Positions 11,958-24,355 of a DNA stretch of 64,000 nt are shown one piece after another; position 1 is the stretch's first letter, and every line of letters starts with the position of its first letter. Below the pieces are notes generated by a model, which searched no databases, had not been told where the DNA came from, and was given only the letters and a program-made list of their open reading frames with translations. Where the stretch lies: contig JANJGN010000004.1 in the NCBI GenBank assembly GCA_026770705.1, positions 158,782,001-158,846,000 of the forward strand, in the 5' to 3' direction. The position numbers and the translations under genes are program-made. This stretch comes from Isurus oxyrinchus. Its lineage: Eukaryota.

Positions 11958-13177
11958 GCCACTCATCACAGAGTAAAATAAATCCCAAAAGCTTTGCAGC
12001 CCTTCCGAACCCTGAACCTTCAGAATTTGTTGATCTTGATGGGAAAATTGAAGGTGAAGGTTCAGGCCAGTACGATGGAAGTGGATTCAGAGATGGATCT
12101 GGATTTGGATCGGATGACAATAAACCCATCGTCCCTGATATAAACTCTGAGGAACGCTATGGGGAAGCTGTAGCCATCTCAAATACAGCAGAACAATACC
12201 TAACCAGTCGATGGATGACTGCATTTATTCCTTCTGTTTATACCATTATATTTGCCGTGGGATTGCTTCTCAACTGTGTCGCAATTTTAATGATTCACTT
12301 CAGAATGAAATTTAAAAAGCCGACTATAATTTACATGATGAATTTGGCAGCAGCAGATTTGTTATTTGTGCTGATGCTGCCTCTGAAAATCGCTTACCAT
12401 TTTTCTGGTAATAACTGGGGATTTGGCTCTTTCCTGTGCCGGTTAGTTACTGGTGGTTTTTATGCTTATATGTACTGTTCAGTGTTGTTGATGATGTGCA
12501 TAAGTATTGACCGATTTCTCGCTGTGGTTTATCCTATACGATCTGCCTCCTGGAGGACCCGGGGCCGTGCCATTGTACTTTGCCTTGTCGTTTGGCTTGC
12601 AGCTATTGGTGGTGCTGCACCACTTCTCCTTACTGAACAAACGGTGTATGTTACTGAGCTGAACATTACAACCTGCCATGATGTGCTACCTCTCTCTACA
12701 CTACAAAACTATTCCAGCTACTATTTTCCCACTTTGTGCTTTTTGCTCTTTGTAATTCCCCTGCTTGTGACCTCTGTCTGCTACATATGTATTATCTCAA
12801 CCCTCCATTCAGCAAATATAACAAACAAGTGCAAGAAAACACGTGCTATCTGTTTGGCTGTGATTGTGCTTTCTGTCTTCATTGTTTGCTTTGCACCAAC
12901 TAACATTATTTTACTCATACATTATCTTCAATTTTATTATGCACCAAGTGACTCTCTCTATTTTGCTTACATGCTTTGTGTGTGCATAGGCAGTGTGAGC
13001 TGTTGCCTTGACCCTTTGATTTATTATCATGCCTCAACCCTGTTCCAAATGAATTTTCAGAATCTTCTGTGTCCTAGGGATGTCACTGAATCTGGGAGTA
13101 GTCAAACAGAGCCTAAGAGCTGTAAAACAGGAAACTCCAGTTTCAATGATAGTTGCTACAAAAAATTGCTAGCCTAA
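11958..13177 (+). CDS. F2R: PAR1-like receptor coding exon 2 (exodomain, 7TM, C-tail); full protein 428 aa
   Basis: ttttcag acceptor; open frame through NPK/SFAALP, EQYLTSRWMTAFIPSVY, NLAAADLLF, SIDRFLAVVYP, LNITTCHDVL, CFAPTN, SCCLDPLIYY, ending YKKLLA (human PAR1 ends YKKLLT). Confidence 0.9.
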
Positions 13178-13669
13178 ATTGATTTCATTTTTTTGTTAGT
13201 TTTTTTTATATTTTATGAAGGCATGATAACCTGCAATTTGGCCTTATTATGTGACAACGTCCTCTAACTTTGTAGCTTCATTGGATTTTATAGTTCAATG
13301 TGAATTTGTTTCACATTTATCTGTGACAGAAAGTATGATTTTAGACCAGATTTAATTAAAATGTTTCTGTTCTGGTTATATTTCACATTGCATGGTTTGT
13401 TCATCAAGTAGATTCAGAACATATTTGTTGCTGAAATAACATTATAGTTCAGTGTACTTGATTCATAATCACCTTAACTACTATGCAGACTTGGCCTTGT
13501 CACAAGTCAATCCTGTCAATAGGATTGAAAGAAATAGTTCCTATTCTTAGTTTGGTGGATTATTATTAAAGGTTTATGTCACTGGGCAGCCTTTATTTTG
13601 TTTTTGTTTCTCATGGGGGAGTAACTAGGTGAAGGGTTTTGGAAGAAGCTCCTCTGATCAGAAAAACAG

Positions 13670-14410
13670 TGGCCCAGATTTTGCTTTGGTAAGGATGGTG
13701 AAACTGTCAGTGTTTGCCGTCATCACTCCACTGAAACTGACAGCAACTTCGAGAGTTTGGACATGTGCAGAATAGTCCAGAAACCTTGAGTTGCTGCCAG
13801 TGAGTTTATATTTCTCCATATAGGGAACGTTATAGGAGTTTCCCCAGAGACTGCTGTCTCCCTTGTAACCATAAATTGATAATAAAACCCACTCTAACCT
13901 TGTTAGTCTTGCCGTAAAACCACAGAAAAAGTTACAGCTGGTTCACTGAGGTATAACTAAGTTTTTAACAGCAGGATGACTTCATAATTACTGTTGAACA
14001 CCCTCATTGGCCCTGAAAAGCTAATTTTATATTTGTGGAAGACCAAATTCTCCACAATGATTAAAAATTCTACATATTTTTACAAACATAAAACATAAAT
14101 ATTTTTAAGCTTGTTTATCTTTATTTTAGCTTCTATCCTAATATGGTCACTCATTTATTTCACTATCTTCAATCTTAAATTAAAAGTGATGCATTTTAAG
14201 TGTGAATACTTCAAAATTGATTGGTTGCCTACATGCTTGCTGACATCATTATTGCTGGATGCCAGGACATTTCCTCATTTGACACCAGATTTAAACTACT
14301 GTGCAGAAGGGAAATTCATGCCACAGAAAATTGTTAGATTTTTGTGGGCAGCTTTCTTCGAGGTCAGCAGTCAGTACCTTTACTTCACTGCTGACCACAA
14401 TACCTAGGCC
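13670..14410. mobile_element. Old MITE-like element in the probable 3' UTR
   Basis: Degenerate termini ggcccagattttgc / cacaatacctaggcc; internal resemblance to the MITE at 36650-37372. Confidence 0.4.
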
Positions 14411-15538
14411 AATATTTTTTTAATCTAATGCCCCAAAGAGCTACAGTGATAGGCGATGGTCTAATTTCTCGCTTAGAAAAGTAAAATTGGAATTCTATCT
14501 TCTATGACTTGGACTCTTATTGAAAACTTTCTTTTAAATTGTATTACATGTGCTAACTTTTCAAGATTAGAATAAATTAAATACAATGCATTTAACGTTT
14601 TGTTATTTTAATTTAGTGGAAGAAGTAACATGCTCTAGGTGAAACCTTGCCTCAAGATGAAATAGTGGAATATAATTCTGTAATTGCTCTAAGATGTACC
14701 CATTTATATTGCTGCAGCTATCAAAGCCAGTGTATAATTGTGAATGCAGTCAACTATGCATTATGTCTCTCATTTGCTTCAAATATGTATGATCAAATAG
14801 AGGCTCACAGTGACCACATGTCAGAAAGTATTTAATTAGCTGCAAAGCGTTTTGAAACATCCTGAGGTTGCAACAGGCACTATATAAATGCAGATGTTCT
14901 TCCCTTTGTAATTGGTCTGCTTCTGTTACAAGATCTTCAGTTCCTTTTGTTATTACAAGGGCTGGCCCTAACAGTTATGTGAAAATATGAATTGTAATTT
15001 TCAACTCTTTATGAGGAACATATTTACATAATCATATTCAATAGTGATTTAAAAGGCCATAATGCCATGAATATTCATTAGGTTTTAGAGCTGTTACTAG
15101 CAGAGGCTCCTACAACCAAATACGAGTATAGTATTAGTAGTGATTAGAAATGAAACAATGCCATTAGAATTATTTCAATTATCTGTTACCTCTACATTCC
15201 AGATCAGGCTGCCACTCTTTTAATTTGTTACAAAAATGGGTTCAAGTCAAGTGCATCGATGTGAAATAACTTTCCGGTTGAAAAGATTATGTTAGTGAAT
15301 GCTACAAGTGATATGAGAACAAGAATGTTATTTTATATTCCTGTGTATGTTTGTATATAATGCTATAAGATTGTGCTCCATTTTTCTTATATTGCTGTGG
15401 AAAGATAAAGTTTCATTTCATGGGTATTTTATGTTGGTTGCTTTACAGTTAGCTTATAAAGTATGTAATCGTACTATGTTTAAACATGTTTTGTCTAAAA
15501 TTGCATGAAAATGGATAAAACTAATACTTATGTTTTAA

Positions 15539-15544
15539 AATAAA
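15539..15544 (+). terminator. Candidate polyadenylation signal of the F2R-like gene
   Basis: AATAAA at the end of an AT-rich, UTR-like tract. An alternative AATAAA lies near 14571. Confidence 0.35.
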
Positions 15545-16232
15545 AATTTATAAACTCAGTCAGATATAATTGGAAACTATCTTATTGACACATACTCTTA
15601 CAATTTGCCAGTATTTCCAGCCTTTGTTCCATAAGAAGGCACTGAGGCAAATTTGGACCTGGAAGCAACCTTTTCGTTTGGGTATTATGAGGCATCTTAA
15701 ACATCCGGAATTCAGCTGAAGTGCGTGCACACACTTCCAGTGAAGAGTGCACTTGACACCTTATTGTTAAAGGGGTAAGTGCGTGCACATCTGCCATCCA
15801 GCAGCATGCACAGCAGGCAGATCATGATGTCAACCTGCATGCAGTGCTGCTATTTTGCCAGCCTGTGCCCTCTCTTAACCCCACACAACAGGACACAACA
15901 TTAATCAGCATGAAGGATCCCTCCCGCACCACCATCAACACTATTTAAAGAATCATAAATTACTTCCTGGTTAGAAACTAGTTTATTTATTTTGGCTGTT
16001 GCTGCAATATTACAGGTTTTGAGTGCTCATATAATTGGTTAGTTTTGATATTGTACAGGTAGCTGAATAGCAAGTACTGAAGTACATTTTTGGTGGTGGA
16101 AAGACTTGTGTGCAAAGCAGTTGCTTCCAGACTTGCGTGGCATAGTAGTGTTTCTTCTTGGTATTGAGCAGGGCTAAAAGATTGAGCAGATGACACACAG
16201 AGTAAGACAAGAAGCAGAGATGGAAAGGGCTC

Positions 16233-17090
16233 TCAGAAGTGGGGATATTCGCTGATGATTGCACAATGCTCAACATCTTTCACGACTCCTCATATACTGA
16301 AGCAACCTCTGTCCATATGCAGCCAGACCTGGGCAACATTCAGGCTTGGGCTGATAACTGGCAAGTAACATTTACACCACGCAAGTGTCAGGCAATGACC
16401 ATTGCCAGCCATCTCCCCTTGACACTCAATGGCATTACCATCACTGAATCCCCCACTATCAATATACTGGGGTTTACCACTGACAAGAAACTAGACCAGC
16501 CATATATTGTGGCTACAAAAGCAGGTCAGAGACAGGGAATTCTGCAGAGAATAACTCACCTCTTGACTCCCAAAACCTGTCAACCATCTACAAGGTATGA
16601 GTCAGGAGTGTGATGGAATACTCTCCTCTTGTCTGGATGAGTACAGCTCCAATAACACTCAAGAAGCTCAACACCATCCGGGACAAAAGCAGCCTGCTTG
16701 ATTGGAACCTCATCCACCACTTTCAACATTTAGTCCCTGCACGACCCACACACACTGGCAGCAGTTTGTAACATCTGCAAGATGCACTAAAGCAACTCAC
16801 CAAGGCTCCTTCGAATACATCTTCGAAACCCACAATTTTTACCACCTAGAAGAGCAAGGGCAGCAGGCACATGGGAACACCACCACCTGCAGGTTCCCCT
16901 CCAAGCCACTCACCATCCTGACTTGGAACAATATCGCTGTTCCTTCACTGTCGCTGGGTCAAAATCTTGGAACTTCCTTCCTAACAGCACTGTGGGTGTA
17001 CCTAAGCCACATGGACTGCAACAGTTCAAGAAGGCAGCAATTAGGGATGGGCAATAAAATGCTCACATTCCATGAAAGAATAAAGCAAAT
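16233..17090 (+). mobile_element. HER1-like (CR1-group) LINE 3' fragment
   Basis: FADD RT motif, DLGNIQAWADNWQVTF, and 3' tail caattagggatgggcaataaa shared with the HE1-like SINE. Confidence 0.85.
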
Positions 17091-17344
17091 ATTCAAATCA
17101 TAACAAACAGTGAGATGTTAGGCTGCTGCCTATTATAGAGCTTGATGTTGAAGCAAGCTCATTTGAAAATTGAACAGAATCTTTTCAACCATCAGAGGAA
17201 ATGACATAATTAACCATTTCTAACATCAAAGTAGAAAAGTTATGAGAAGTAATCTGATGTTTATTTGCTTTTGATACCTGGCCGTATCAGAAATCATTTT
17301 CAGTGTCCGATGGATTCCATTTGTCTCTTTAATTTTTAAAAATT

Positions 17345-17770
17345 CATTCATTCATGGGATGTGGGCATTGCTGGCAAGGCCAGCATCTATTGCCCATCCC
17401 TAAAATGTGCTGTTGAAGGAGGCTGGGTGAGTTTCTACAGTGCATCTTGTAGATAGTACACACTGCTGCCTTTGTGCATCAATGGTGGAGGGAGTGAATG
17501 TTTAAGGTAGTAGATGGGTTCCAATCAAGTGGGCTGCTTTGTCCCAGATGGTGTCAAGCTTCTTGAGTGTTGTTGGAGATGCACTCAACCAGGCAAGTGT
17601 TCCATCACACTCCTGACTCGTGTCTTGTAGATGGTGGACAGGCTTTGGGGAGTCAGGAGATGAGTTACTCGCCACAGAATTCCTAGCCTCTGACCTGCTT
17701 TTGTAGCCACAGTATTTATATGGCTAATCCAGTCCAGTTTCTGGTCAATGGTGACCCCCCAGGATGTTTT
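17345..17770 (-). mobile_element. HER1-like LINE 3' fragment, internally deleted
   Basis: Reverse complement of the same tail and ORF2 end. Confidence 0.75.
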
Positions 17771-17819
17771 TAAACTTGCTTTGGTAATTCTTGCATTTGT
17801 CTTATCAATTTTTTAATAT

Positions 17820-18205
17820 ATTATTTCATGGCATGTGGACATTGCTGGCAAGGCCAGCATTTATTACCCATCCCTAATTGCCCTTGAACTGAATGGCTTC
17901 CTAGGCCATTTCAGAGGGCAGTTGAGTGTCAACCACATTGTTGTGGGTCTGGAGTCACATGTAGGTTAAACTGCATAAGGACAGCAGACTCCCTTCCCTA
18001 AAGGGCATTAGTGAACCAGATGGATTTTTACAGCAATCGACCATGATTTCATGGTCACCATTACTGAGGCTAGCTTTATATATTCCAGGTTTATTAATTG
18101 AATTTAAATTCCCACCAGCTGTCATGGTGGGATTTGAACCCATGTCTCCAGAACATTAGCCTGGGTTTCTGGATTACTCATCCAGTGACATTACCAATTC
18201 ACCAT
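17820..18205 (-). mobile_element. HE1-like tRNA-derived SINE
   Basis: B-box-like gggttcaaatccc on the minus strand and a 3' tail matching the HER1-like LINE tail. Confidence 0.8.
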
Positions 18206-18653
18206 TCTCACTCCCCTATATAGGCAGCTCGAGAGAATGTTCTGTCAAGATAAGTGAACTTACCTAGTGCTGACAGGTTCTGGTCATGGACTGAAACTTT
18301 GGCTTCGAGGTAGGGCTTTCCTGGAGCAGGCAGGCACATTACTTCAGTTTTCTTTGTGCTGATCATAAGGCTGAGTACGTCACATGCGTTCGAGAACAAG
18401 TCCATGCTACATTGCATATCCAGCTTTGAACCAACAGCTAGTGCACAGTCATCAGCAAACAGGAAATTGTGAATTAAGCCCTTGGAGATTTTGGTCTTTG
18501 CCCGAAGTCATCTCCAATTGAGCTTCTTCCTGTCCATGTGATATCTGATTTCGATGCCAGGTTCACTGTCATTGAAGGCATTGGAGAACATGGAGAAAAA
18601 CCTGCTGAAGAGCGTTGGTGCTAGCACACAGCCCTGTTTAGTTCCACTGGTAG

Positions 18654-18872
18654 CCCCCCCCCCCCTCCAACAACCACCACCCCCCACCTCCCCCCCCCAC
18701 CCCGCCCCCCCCCCCGCCCCCACCCCCCCCCGCCAAACCAGCTTATATTTCACCTCTTTTCTATTTTTACTTAGTTTTGTTGAAGAGTCATATGGACTCG
18801 AAACGTTAACTGTGTTCCTCTCCACAGATGCTGCCGGACCTGCTGAGTTTTTCCAGGTATTTTTATTTTTGA
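18654..18872 (+). mobile_element. Penelope-like terminal repeat with poly-C run and hammerhead motif, inserted in the RTE
   Basis: Same repeat family; hammerhead-like motif at 18773-18811. Confidence 0.75.
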
Positions 18873-19561
18873 TCTGGTTGACATGTTGAACTAAGCAAGT
18901 CAGGAGGTCAAAGAATTTACTGGCAATAGAGGGGAGTGAGATTGCCCTTTCATTATTGCAAGATTGGCGAGTTCCTTTCTGTTTGCACAGGTGGAAAATG
19001 GAGGCATTTTTACATTCTTGTCAGATGGCTCCTTGCTCCCAGATAGCCAGAAAGAGCTCAGTGACTCTCTTGACCAGGCATTGGCCTCCAGCCTTGTGGA
19101 CCTCAGCTGGGATTGCATCAGCTCCTGGAGCTTTGCTGCTAGACAGGAGTTTGTTTGCATTTGGTCATTTCTAACAATGTGGGAAGGTCATCAACAGAGC
19201 AGTTGATGCCAAATGTCTGTTGATTGCTTCTTCATTGATGGGTGAAGACCAATTGAGGAAGTTCTTAAAGGGGTCTGCCCATCTTTCCAGAATCTGGGCT
19301 TTTACTGTGAGCAGTGTTGACCCATCAGCACAGAGGATTGGTGATGGACCCGTAGACTGGAGACCATAAACAGTTTTCAGAGCATCATAGAATCTCTTCC
19401 AATCTTTGTTTTTGCGTATGATTGAAGTCCATCTGCTTTTTGGTTCTGCCAAGTGTCTTGCATCCCTGTGAACTTGCATTGGACAGTCCACTGAATGCTT
19501 CAGTAGGCATTGTGCTAGGATAATGATGGTTTGTAATTCAGGAAAAAACTGTAGAGATGGT

Positions 19562-20362
19562 GGGCTGAATTTTACGTACCCCTGGCAGGGGTAAGTGGGT
19601 ATGTATAATGTGGTAGGTGCCCATCCCACCACCCTCCCACCCACCTGGGAGCTCAACCCCGTAATACGGGGGGGGGAGGGTTGTTGGCGGGCAGGCACCG
19701 AAATTGGCAGCCTGCCTGCCATATTAAAATGAGCAACTGAGGATCAATTTGGCTTGTTATCAAGCCTACTGACCCTAATAATACGTTGTCCACACGAGAA
19801 TACATTTCGCATGGGCAGAAGAGAGGGAGCAGGAAGCCTGATCTTTAACCTGGTTATAGAGCGGGAAGGAAGTCGGTGGGGGGGCGAGGAGGGGGAGTCG
19901 CTGCCATCTGCTGTTCATGGGGTGACCCCCCCCTTAGACTAAACCATCCCTTCTTTCCTACGTGCTCCCTCTCTTAACCTCACCTCCTCCCCACTGCTGT
20001 CCCTCTCCCTAATGATCCCAACCCCTCTTGGCCCAAGATCCCGGATTTACCTGCTTCAGGGATCCTAGGCCTTGGGCTCCACTACAAATCTGCAGTCCCA
20101 GCAGCTGCTACTGACATCTTTGTGGTGTAGCTGGGACTGATGGAGCTGCTGGCCAATAGGATTGGCTGACAGCTCCAGAGGGTAGGTCTCCTGCCCCACT
20201 GAAGGGCATAAGTCCCACTCAGCCCCCTTTAACAAGCCCTGCAGCACTTTATTGCTGCTGGGTTAATCGATGTGGTGCGTGTTGGCTCCATGCTGAAGTG
20301 GTTTCTCGGGGTTGGCGTGCCGACCACCCATTCTCCACCCCACACAATCCAAAATTCAGTCC
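19562..20362. mobile_element. Harbinger-type MITE nested in the RTE
   Basis: TIRs gggctgaatttt / aaaattcagtcc enclosing GC-rich non-coding sequence. Confidence 0.65.
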
Positions 20363-21004
20363 AATGTTTCTCCTCCAGTAATTTCTATATTACCTCACTG
20401 TTTTCATTGAACCAATCTTGATGCTTACAAAAGGTAGGGCCAAGGGCCTTTAAAACTATATCCTTGAAGGTCGCCCAATCATCCTCAAAGAGTGTCCATC
20501 TTTACTATACACAGGCAACTTGAGATTTTTTTCAAACTGCTTGTTTGAGATTTGAGACATAAAGGTGCTTCTGGACCTTTATACTCTGGTGGGACCTAGG
20601 GGATTGATCTTGATCTTTAGCTTTAAGGTGATAAGACAGTGGTCAGTCCAGCAGTCAGCAGTGCACGTAGCTTTCGTAACAAGCACATCCTGGAGATGAC
20701 ATAGTCGACTAGAAGGCAATGCATAGAATGGGGGTGCATCCAAGACACCTGGTTGCAATTAGGGGGGGCAGAAAACTGTGTTAATGATGAAGAGCTCATG
20801 CTCAGCACACATCTTCAGAAAGAGGAGATCATTGGTGTTACAACTGCCAACCCCGTTTATTCTGATGATCCCTTCCCAATCCTGGTGATCTGCACCAACG
20901 CTTGCATTGAAGTTATCTTGTCTAACTTTGGCATAATAGCAATCAAGGAGTGGAGGTCATCATAGAATTTATCCTTGACTTCATCAGGATTGGTCATGGT
21001 AGGG

Positions 21005-23980
21005 AATCACAGAATCACAGAATCTTAACAGAACAGAAGGAGGCCATTCAGCCCATCATGTCTGCACTAGCTCTCCAAATGAGCATTATGAAATGGTGCC
21101 AATGCCTTGCCTTTTTCCTGTACTGTTACACATTGTTTCTATTCAAATAATCATCTAATGTCCTCTTGAATGCCTCGATAGAGCCTGCCTCCACCACACT
21201 TCCAGGCAGTGCATTCCAAGCCCGAACCACCTGTTGTGTGAAAAGGTTTTGTCGCGCGTCACATTTGCTTCTTTTGCAAATCACTTTAAATCTGTGCCCT
21301 CTTGTTCTTGATCCTTTGATGAGTGGGAACAGCTTCTCCCTATCTACTCTGTCCAGCCCCCTCATGATTTTGAACATCTCTATCAAATCTCCTCTCAGCC
21401 TTCTTCTCTCCAAGGAGAACAGTTCCAACCTTTCCAATCTATCCTCATAGCTGAAGTTTCTCATCCCTGAAACCATTCTTGTAAAACACTTCTGCACACT
21501 CCACAATGTATTCACACACCCTTCCTATAATATGGTGCTGAGAGCTGTACAGCTGAGGTCTAAAAAATGTCTTAGATAAATTCAGCATAACTTGCTTGCT
21601 CTTAATCTCTGTGTCCCTCTTAATAAAGCCCAAGATGCTATATGCTTTATTAACTGCCCTCTCTACTCGTCCTGCCACCTTCTATGATCTATGCACATAT
21701 ACACCAAAGTCTTTCTGCTCCTGCACCCCTTTCAAAATTTCACCCCTTATTTTATACCGTCTGTCCATGTTCTTCCTACCAAAATACATCACCTCACACC
21801 TCTCTGCATTGAACATCATCTGCCACCTATCTGTTCACTCCACCAACTTGTCTATGTCTTCTTAAAGTTCCACACCATCCTCCTCGCAGTTTACAACACT
21901 CCCAAGCTTCATATCATCCACAAACTTGAAATTGTCCCCTACACACCAGAACCTAGATCATTAATATATATCAGGAAAAGCAAAGGTCCCAATACCGACC
22001 CCTGGAGAACTCCACTACAAACCTTCCTCCAGCCCAAAAAATATCCATTGACCATTACTCTCTGCTTCCTATTTTTCAGTCAATTTTCTCAAAAGTCGGT
22101 TATGTGATGCCGTGTAAAATGCCTTTTCAAAGTCCACGTACACCACATCAACAGCATTACCCTCATTGACCTTTTCTGTTACCCCTTCAAAAAACTCCAG
22201 CAAATTAGTTAAACATGATTTCCCCTTTACAGCCAGGTTTCCATTATTGCCACATGGCAATCTGTGTCTGTAACTCCCCAATCTTATTTACTATAGTCTG
22301 TGCATTCACATACATGCATAGTAACCCTGATTTAGATTTTGCTACTTTCTTCCTTTCCGTGACTTCACCTATTAATTTACAATTCTCCATACTAGTGCTA
22401 TCTGTCTCTCCCAGTATTTTGTGCATCCTGGTAGTCCTCTCTAATATCTTCCCTAGGTTCCCACACCTCTGCCGAGTTAATTTAAAGCCCTCCCAATAGC
22501 ACTAGCAAAACGCTCTGCAAGGAACTTAGTCCTGTCTCTGTTCAGGTGCAACCCGTCTGGCTTGTATAGGTGTCACCTCCCCCAGAGCCAGTCCCAGTGT
22601 CCCAGGAATCTAAAGCCCTCCCTCCTGCACAATCTTTCCAGCCATGCATTCATCTGTTTTATCCTCCTACTTCTGTACTCACTGGCACATGGCACCAGGA
22701 GTAATCTGGAGATTACTACATTAGAGGTCCTGCATGCTAATTTTCTACCTAGCTCCCTAAATTCTGATTTCAGGACCACATCACCCTTCCTACCTAAGTC
22801 ATTGCTATCAACGTGAACCATGACCTCTGGCTGATCACACTCCCCCAGAAGAATGTCATGCAGCCACTCTGTGATATCCTTGATCCTGACACCAGAGAGG
22901 CAACATACCATCCTGAAGTCATGTCCATGATCACAGAAACCCCTAACCAATGAATCCCCACTAAAGCTCTCCCTTTCTTCTTCCTCCCCTCCCATACAGC
23001 TGAGCGTTTCGTGGTGCCACAAACTTAGTTCTGACCGCACTCTGAGGAACCAACGCCCTCACCAACTTCTAAAACAGAAAACTGATTTGTGAGTGGGACT
23101 CCAGGGGATACCTGCCTACTTCTCTTGGACTACTTGATGGTCACTCATTCCCTCTCTGTCTCCAGGCCCTTAAGCTGCGGTGTTGATGACCTCTCTGAAT
23201 GTGCTATCCACATAGCTCTCAGCCTTGCGGATGCACCACAGTGACTCCAGCCACTGCTTGATCTCTGAAACCCAGAGTTCAAGTTTCTGCAGCTGGCAGC
23301 ACATCTTGTACATGTGGCCTGCTAGGACACCGATGGCGTCCATGACTTCGCACATATTACAGGACGCGCATTCCAATCGACTGAGCTGCCCTGCCGTGTC
23401 TTAACTCTACTTCCCTTATGTTAACTTTATTCTACTTTTGGGTTATTTATTTTACTTTATTATATTGGCTCTTAAATTTCCCTTATTCCTGTTAAATCCA
23501 AGTATAGAAACTTTAAAAATATTACACTCGTCTAATTTACTCACCAGTTCCTACTTACCAAGGCCACTGCTCTTGTTTCTGAGCAAAGGTGGAAAAAGAA
23601 AGGAGCATCTTCTCCCTTCTCAATGAACCCCCTCAGTCACCAAACTCCAAATGAAGCTCTCTACCGCAGGCAAGCACAGCGCTCCAGCACAGACAAAGTC
23701 AGCACTATACGATAGTCTAACTTTATACTCTCTAAACCTAGCCTTTGAAAACCTAATTAAACCAGTTATCTAATTAACCAGATGCAGTTGCAAGTTGAGC
23801 CTGTATGACCCTTGTTTTAAGACTGGACTAAAACTCACCTTCTTCCAACCCTAACAGCAACTTTTAGTTATTTGCTAAATTAAAGAAAGGCTAGACCTTA
23901 GATAAACTCCCTCAGTCACCAAACTCCAACTGAAGACCTCTACTGTAGCCAAACACAGCACTCCAGTGCAGACAAAGACT
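21005..23980 (-). mobile_element. CR1 LINE with both ends retained and ORF2 internally deleted, nested in the RTE endonuclease
   Basis: 3' tail (gattctgt)n, ORF2 end RLRGDLIEMFKIMRG, SCLTNLLEFFE, ORF1 esterase GDSLVRG...VHV, and an N-terminal CxxC. Confidence 0.88.
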
Positions 23981-24255
23981 ACTGGTGAGAGTTGCTTGAT
24001 TGTTGCCATGCAGGGGGAGTTTAAGCACCATCAGACCATTATTAACACCCTTGGGAAGGCAAGTCAACTCACTGATAGCAAAGCTTACACCAGCTTTGCA
24101 CCATTCTTCGTTTCCATGGCCTCTGCAAAAGAATGTTTAGCTGATCCACTTCAGGTAGATGAGTCTTTTTGAGGGAGGTGATCTAGACATTGCACTTAGC
24201 CAGCTCTCTATCAACCAGAGCTATTTTTTCTCAGGTCTGTCAGCTGTGGTGTTGT

Positions 24256-24355
24256 CCATGAAGGTACGCACATTCCGTGAAGGTACGCACCTTCCATGAA
24301 GGTATGCACATTCCATGAAGATACGCACATTCCATGAAGGTACGCACATTCCATG
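24256..24355. repeat. 19-bp tandem repeat x5 (ccatgaaggtacgcacatt)
   Basis: Five adjacent copies with single substitutions and no spacers. Confidence 0.95.

Noticed and set aside
12215-13177. 320-aa ORF as the complete receptor
   Set aside because: The frame is open upstream to a splice acceptor at 11957 and joins a signal-peptide exon, so Met 12215 is internal.
15650-16232. Possible fourth Harbinger remnant
   Set aside because: Only a vague resemblance, with no motif or TIR pair I can support.
24256-24355. CRISPR-like array
   Set aside because: The repeats are contiguous with no spacers, there are no cas genes, and the context is eukaryotic.
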